32,000 nt of DNA, taken from assembly GCF_000829235.1 (NCBI RefSeq), contig NZ_AP012549.1, positions 960,001 through 992,000 of the forward strand. Reading direction: 5' to 3'. Position 1 is the first letter of the stretch; each line of letters opens with the position of its first letter. Origin of the DNA: a cyanobacterium endosymbiont of Epithemia turgida isolate EtSB Lake Yunoko (GTDB taxonomy: Bacteria > Cyanobacteriota > Cyanobacteriia > Cyanobacteriales > Microcystaceae). Of this stretch, positions 28,177-32,000 are shown piece after piece. The notes beneath the pieces are model-generated. The model saw only the letters and a program-made list of their open reading frames with translations, ran no database searches and was not told the origin of the DNA. The position numbers and the translations under genes were made by a program.

Positions 28177-30825
28177 ATGGCTAGAATTTCTAAAACTCCT
28201 AAATCACTTACTGGTGCTCAGATTCGAGATAAATTTCTTAAATTCTACGAAAAAAAACAACACAAAATATTACCCAGTGCATCTTTAATTCCAGAGGATC
28301 CTACTGTACTTCTAACCATTGCAGGGATGTTACCTTTTAAACCTATTTTCTTGGGAAAACAAAAACCAGACTATCCTCGGGTTACTACCTCGCAAAAGTG
28401 TATTCGTACCAATGATATCGACAATGTGGGACGTACTGCGAGACACCATACCTTTTTCGAGATGTTGGGAAATTTCAGTTTTGGGGATTATTTTAAAGAA
28501 GAAGCAATCGTCTACGCTTGGGAATTATCAACTCAAGTGTTTGAATTATCCCCAGAAAACCTTGTTGTGAGTGTTTTTGAGGACGATGACGAAGCGTTTG
28601 CCATTTGGCGTGACAAAATTGGCATTCCTCCCTGTCGCATTCAAAGAATGGGGGAAAAAGATAACTTTTGGAAAGCAGGACCCACGGGACCTTGTGGCCC
28701 TTGTTCAGAGATGTATTATGACTTTTCTCCTGAATTAGGGGACAATAATATTGATTTAGAAGATGACTCCCGCTTCATCGAGTTTTATAATTTGGTGTTC
28801 ATGCAATATAACCGTGATGCCGAAGGAAATCTAACCCCGTTAGAAAATAAAAATATTGACACAGGAATGGGGTTAGAACGGATGGCTCAAATTTTACAGA
28901 AGGTCCCTAATAATTACGAAACAGATCTAATTTTTGCCATTATTGAAACGGCAGCAAAAATTGCTGGAATTAACTATAGAAAAACAGATAAAAAAACCAA
29001 AATATCTTTGAAAGTAATTGGCGATCATGTACGGTCCGTAGTTAATATGATAGCTGATGGAATTACTGTTTCAAATACAGATCGCGGTTATGTATTACGT
29101 CGATTGATTCGTCGAGTGGTACGTCATGGTCGGTTAATTGGAATAGATGGGGAATTTATTACTAAAGTTGCTGAAACAGCGATGCAACTTGCCGAAGAAG
29201 AATATCCTAATGTTAAAGAACGAAAAACGATAATTAAAAAAGAATTACAAAGAGAAGAATCTCGTTTTTTAGAGACCTTAGAACGCGGAGAAAAACTATT
29301 AGTTAAAGTTATTGAAAATACCGATAAGAATAATAAAATTTCCGGAGTAGATGCGTTTACCCTTTATGATACCTATGGGTTTCCTCTCGAATTAACCCAA
29401 GAAATTGCAGAAGAACAGGGGTTTACTGTTGATGTTGACGGCTTTGAAGTAGCGATGAAAGAACAGAAAGAACGGTCAAAAGCTGACTATGAAACCATTG
29501 ATTTAACCGTAGAAGGTAGCTTAGATAAATTGCGTGAATATATAAATCCTACATTTTTTTTAGGCTATACAGAACATAAAATAACGGCTAAAGTAAAAGC
29601 GATTTTGGTAAAAGGAAAACTCGTTAACAATGCGACATCAGGAACTAATATTCAGATTATTTTAGATCAAACTCCTTTTTACGGAGAGTCGGGGGGACAA
29701 ATCGGTGATCGTGGTTATTTGACTGGGGATAATTTACTGATTTGTATTAAAGATGTTAAGAAAGAATCGGGAATTTTTATTCATTTTGGACGAGTTGAAC
29801 GAGGAACTATTGAAGTAGAAAATACTATCACCGCAACTATTAATACCCTCTGTCGTCATCGGGTTCAAGCACATCATACCGCTACCCATTTATTGCAAGC
29901 AGCGTTGAAAAAAGTAGTTGATAATTCTATTTTTCAATCAGGATCATTAGTCAGCTTCGAACGCTTGCGTTTCGATTTTAATTGTATCCGCAGCATAAGA
30001 CCGGAAGAATTGCAAGAGATTGAGACTTTAATTAATAGTTGGATCTCCGAAGCGTACGATACCCAGATATCAGTTATGGAGTTAAAAAAAGCTAGAGATA
30101 AAGGAGCAATTGCTATGTTTGGGGAAAAATATAGCACAGAAGTTCGGGTGATAGATATTCCAGGAGTTTCTATGGAATTATGTGGGGGAACTCATGTTAA
30201 GAATACTGCCGAGATTGGACTATTTAAAATTATTCATGAAAGTGGTATTTCTTCAGGAGTAAGACGTATTGAAGCGGTAGCAGGTCATGCGGTTTTAGAA
30301 TATTTAAATGTGCGGGAAATAGTAATCAAAGAACTTTGTGATCGCTTTAAAATTAAACCCGAAGAAATTAGCAATCGTATTAAATCTTTACAATCTGAAT
30401 TAAAAACTACTCAGAAAACATTAGAATTAGTAAAGCAAGAACTTGCTATTGCTAAATCTGATAAATTATTGAGTGAAGCTGAGGCGGTTGGTTCCTTTAA
30501 GATTTTAGTTTCAGAGATGGGAGATCTAGAAGGAAAAGATTTACAAACTGCGGCAGAAAGACTACAACAAAAATTAGGAGAAGCTGCGGTTATTTTAGCT
30601 TCAGTTTCTAGTGAAGGAAAGGTTAATTTAGTGGCTGCATTTAGTAAAAAAGTTAACAAAGAAAAGAAACTGATGGCAGGCAAGTTCATCGGTGAAATTG
30701 CCCAAATCTGCGGAGGAGGTGGCGGAGGTAGTCCTAATTTAGCTCAGGCAGGGGGAAAGAATACTAGAAAGTTAGCTGAAGCTTTATTAATGGCTAAACA
30801 GCGGTTAATAGAGCAGTTGCAATAA
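28177..30825 (+). CDS. alaS: Alanine--tRNA ligase
   Basis: This is track ORF 28165-30825; the ATG at 28177 (MARISKTPKSLTGAQIRDKFLKFYEKKQH) is more plausible than the TTG at 28165. Class II motifs are FTIAGM-like LLTIAGMLPFKP, TTSQKCIRTNDIDNVG...RHHTFFEMLGNFSFGDYFK and FWKAGPTGPCGPCSEMYYD. It also has the editing-domain HHTATHLL...CGGTH and the C-terminal GGGGGGSPNLAQAGG. Confidence 0.97.
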   Translation: MARISKTPKSLTGAQIRDKFLKFYEKKQHKILPSASLIPEDPTVLLTIAGMLPFKPIFLGKQKPDYPRVTTSQKCIRTNDIDNVGRTARHHTFFEMLGNFSFGDYFKEEAIVYAWELSTQVFELSPENLVVSVFEDDDEAFAIWRDKIGIPPCRIQRMGEKDNFWKAGPTGPCGPCSEMYYDFSPELGDNNIDLEDDSRFIEFYNLVFMQYNRDAEGNLTPLENKNIDTGMGLERMAQILQKVPNNYETDLIFAIIETAAKIAGINYRKTDKKTKISLKVIGDHVRSVVNMIADGITVSNTDRGYVLRRLIRRVVRHGRLIGIDGEFITKVAETAMQLAEEEYPNVKERKTIIKKELQREESRFLETLERGEKLLVKVIENTDKNNKISGVDAFTLYDTYGFPLELTQEIAEEQGFTVDVDGFEVAMKEQKERSKADYETIDLTVEGSLDKLREYINPTFFLGYTEHKITAKVKAILVKGKLVNNATSGTNIQIILDQTPFYGESGGQIGDRGYLTGDNLLICIKDVKKESGIFIHFGRVERGTIEVENTITATINTLCRHRVQAHHTATHLLQAALKKVVDNSIFQSGSLVSFERLRFDFNCIRSIRPEELQEIETLINSWISEAYDTQISVMELKKARDKGAIAMFGEKYSTEVRVIDIPGVSMELCGGTHVKNTAEIGLFKIIHESGISSGVRRIEAVAGHAVLEYLNVREIVIKELCDRFKIKPEEISNRIKSLQSELKTTQKTLELVKQELAIAKSDKLLSEAEAVGSFKILVSEMGDLEGKDLQTAAERLQQKLGEAAVILASVSSEGKVNLVAAFSKKVNKEKKLMAGKFIGEIAQICGGGGGGSPNLAQAGGKNTRKLAEALLMAKQRLIEQLQ

Positions 30826-30835
30826 TGACAAAAAA

Positions 30836-30875
30836 GGGTGAGGAGAAAATTATTTTACTTTTTCTCCCTCAGCCC
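30836..30875 (-). terminator. G+C-rich hairpin with a U-tract only on the minus strand (orphan terminator candidate)
   Basis: gggtgaggagaaaa (30836-30849) pairs with tttttctccctcagccc (30860-30875) as 14 bp with two single-nucleotide bulges. On the plus strand (after alaS) no U-tract follows it. On the minus strand it is followed by CUUUUUUG (complement of 30828-30835). Confidence 0.4.
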
Positions 30876-32000
30876 CAATTCTAAACTCAGTGCTTTTCCT
30901 GATGTAAGTTATCATCTTAGATGAAGCAAAAATTTTAATATCTCAAACACATAAATTTATTCCATAAACCAATACTATTTGAGTAGTGAAAGAATTGAAG
31001 ATAATAATTTAAATTAATTAGAGAGCCGGTTTCTGTCAATTCAATCAATTAAGTAAGTATCGTCTTTTCGGTATTAATTCTCATTACTGTTTAATAAGTA
31101 GTTCTTCTTATTTACTCATGACCATCTCATTATACAAATGATACTTTGATCTTAACCTATAAGATAAGTAATCACACTACGATTATGTTATGTCCAACAA
31201 CATGGGCTAGTCTGTAGTTGTGATAATTAAAAACCTTTTTGAGGCCTTGCTAAGTCTACTTGATGTGAATTTTATTTTAGCTCATCATCATTTCATGTTT
31301 TAACTAATCAGCTTTTTTGTACTAAAAATAACTAATTGTTAATTAATGAATTATGATATTATTATTTTAAATATATTCAATAACTATAAAAATTAAGTTT
31401 TTATAGAAAAAATAAATATTTATTAAACAACACTTTTATTTATTTAATCATATTTTTTTATAGCTAACTTAGAAAATTTATAACATTAATAATTTCTTAA
31501 TAATAAATAATACAAATTTTACTTTTGGTATTGGTTATATTAGGATATTTGCTGCCTTATAAATTCTCCTATAATTTAGGATTTCCTTTTTTATTGGTCT
31601 AGAGAAACCAAACTATGGAAGATTAAATAATCATCCTATCTTATTAATCTGATAGCTAACCATCCCTGGACTATTAATTGCTAGGTGGAGGTTTTCTAAA
31701 ATATCTGATTCCCAATGTTTGGTTTATCTTTTGATTGTATCCAATGACCATTATGAGTTAAGTCCTAATTGCAATAAACAAGTTAATTGTCCTTAGTTAA
31801 TTTTACAAAAACTTACTGATCGGGCATCGTAATAAGTAGTAAATCCAATAACTCGCTTATCGACAAAGAGATTAGTGATGTTTTAGAGTATATTCAATAA
31901 CATTTTCTGGTTCTTCAACACGAAGTCTTACCCAAGGAGTTTCATGATGAAAACAAATTTTGAGTAAAAATAACTTTTATATTTCAGCAGATAAAAATAT

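Noticed and set aside
31880-31975. Minus-strand peptide fragment FHHETPWVRLRVEEPENVIEYTLKHH as a gene
   Set aside because: It is only about 30 codons between stops, has no start codon in frame, and I cannot place it in a family. It is mentioned only as possible debris.

Overview
This is a low-GC cyanobacterial chromosome segment. By my tally about 60% is intact and mostly housekeeping CDS. These are gcvP, uvrB, alaS, a cobA-hemD fusion, exbB/exbD, yidD, ndhS, a sugar-phosphate nucleotidyltransferase, a ManC-type cupin, a PotD-like solute-binding lipoprotein, a CruA/CruP-like flavoprotein, a TM0106-type RecB-like nuclease, and the 5' part of a secreted serpin that runs off the left edge. The rest is decay. 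Two adjacent full-length pseudogenes (scpA and a class V aminotransferase) are riddled with in-frame stops. There are also several extremely A+T-rich blocks of 0.9 to 2.2 kb with no usable ORF in any frame (4988-7011, 14328-15940, 24067-24979, 25936-28164, 30826-32000). Sampled 60-nt lines have 6/60 G+C in the blocks (lines starting 5341 and 26941) against 25/60 inside gcvP (line starting 12121). This pattern fits reductive genome evolution with A+T mutational pressure and weak deletion bias, as reported for obligate diazotrophic cyanobacterial symbionts. The organism cannot be assigned from this sequence alone. I saw no rRNA, tRNA, CRISPR array, transposase, integrase, biosynthetic cluster or recognisable defence operon, and I did not find a convincing novel multi-gene system. 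The observations most worth follow-up are: erosion of the methyltransferase motifs in an otherwise intact cobA-hemD fusion; the stop-only decay of scpA; a perfect 32-bp palindrome upstream of gcvP; strong hairpins and an orphan terminator inside the deserts; a secreted serpin; and a small acidic lipoprotein missing from the ORF track.
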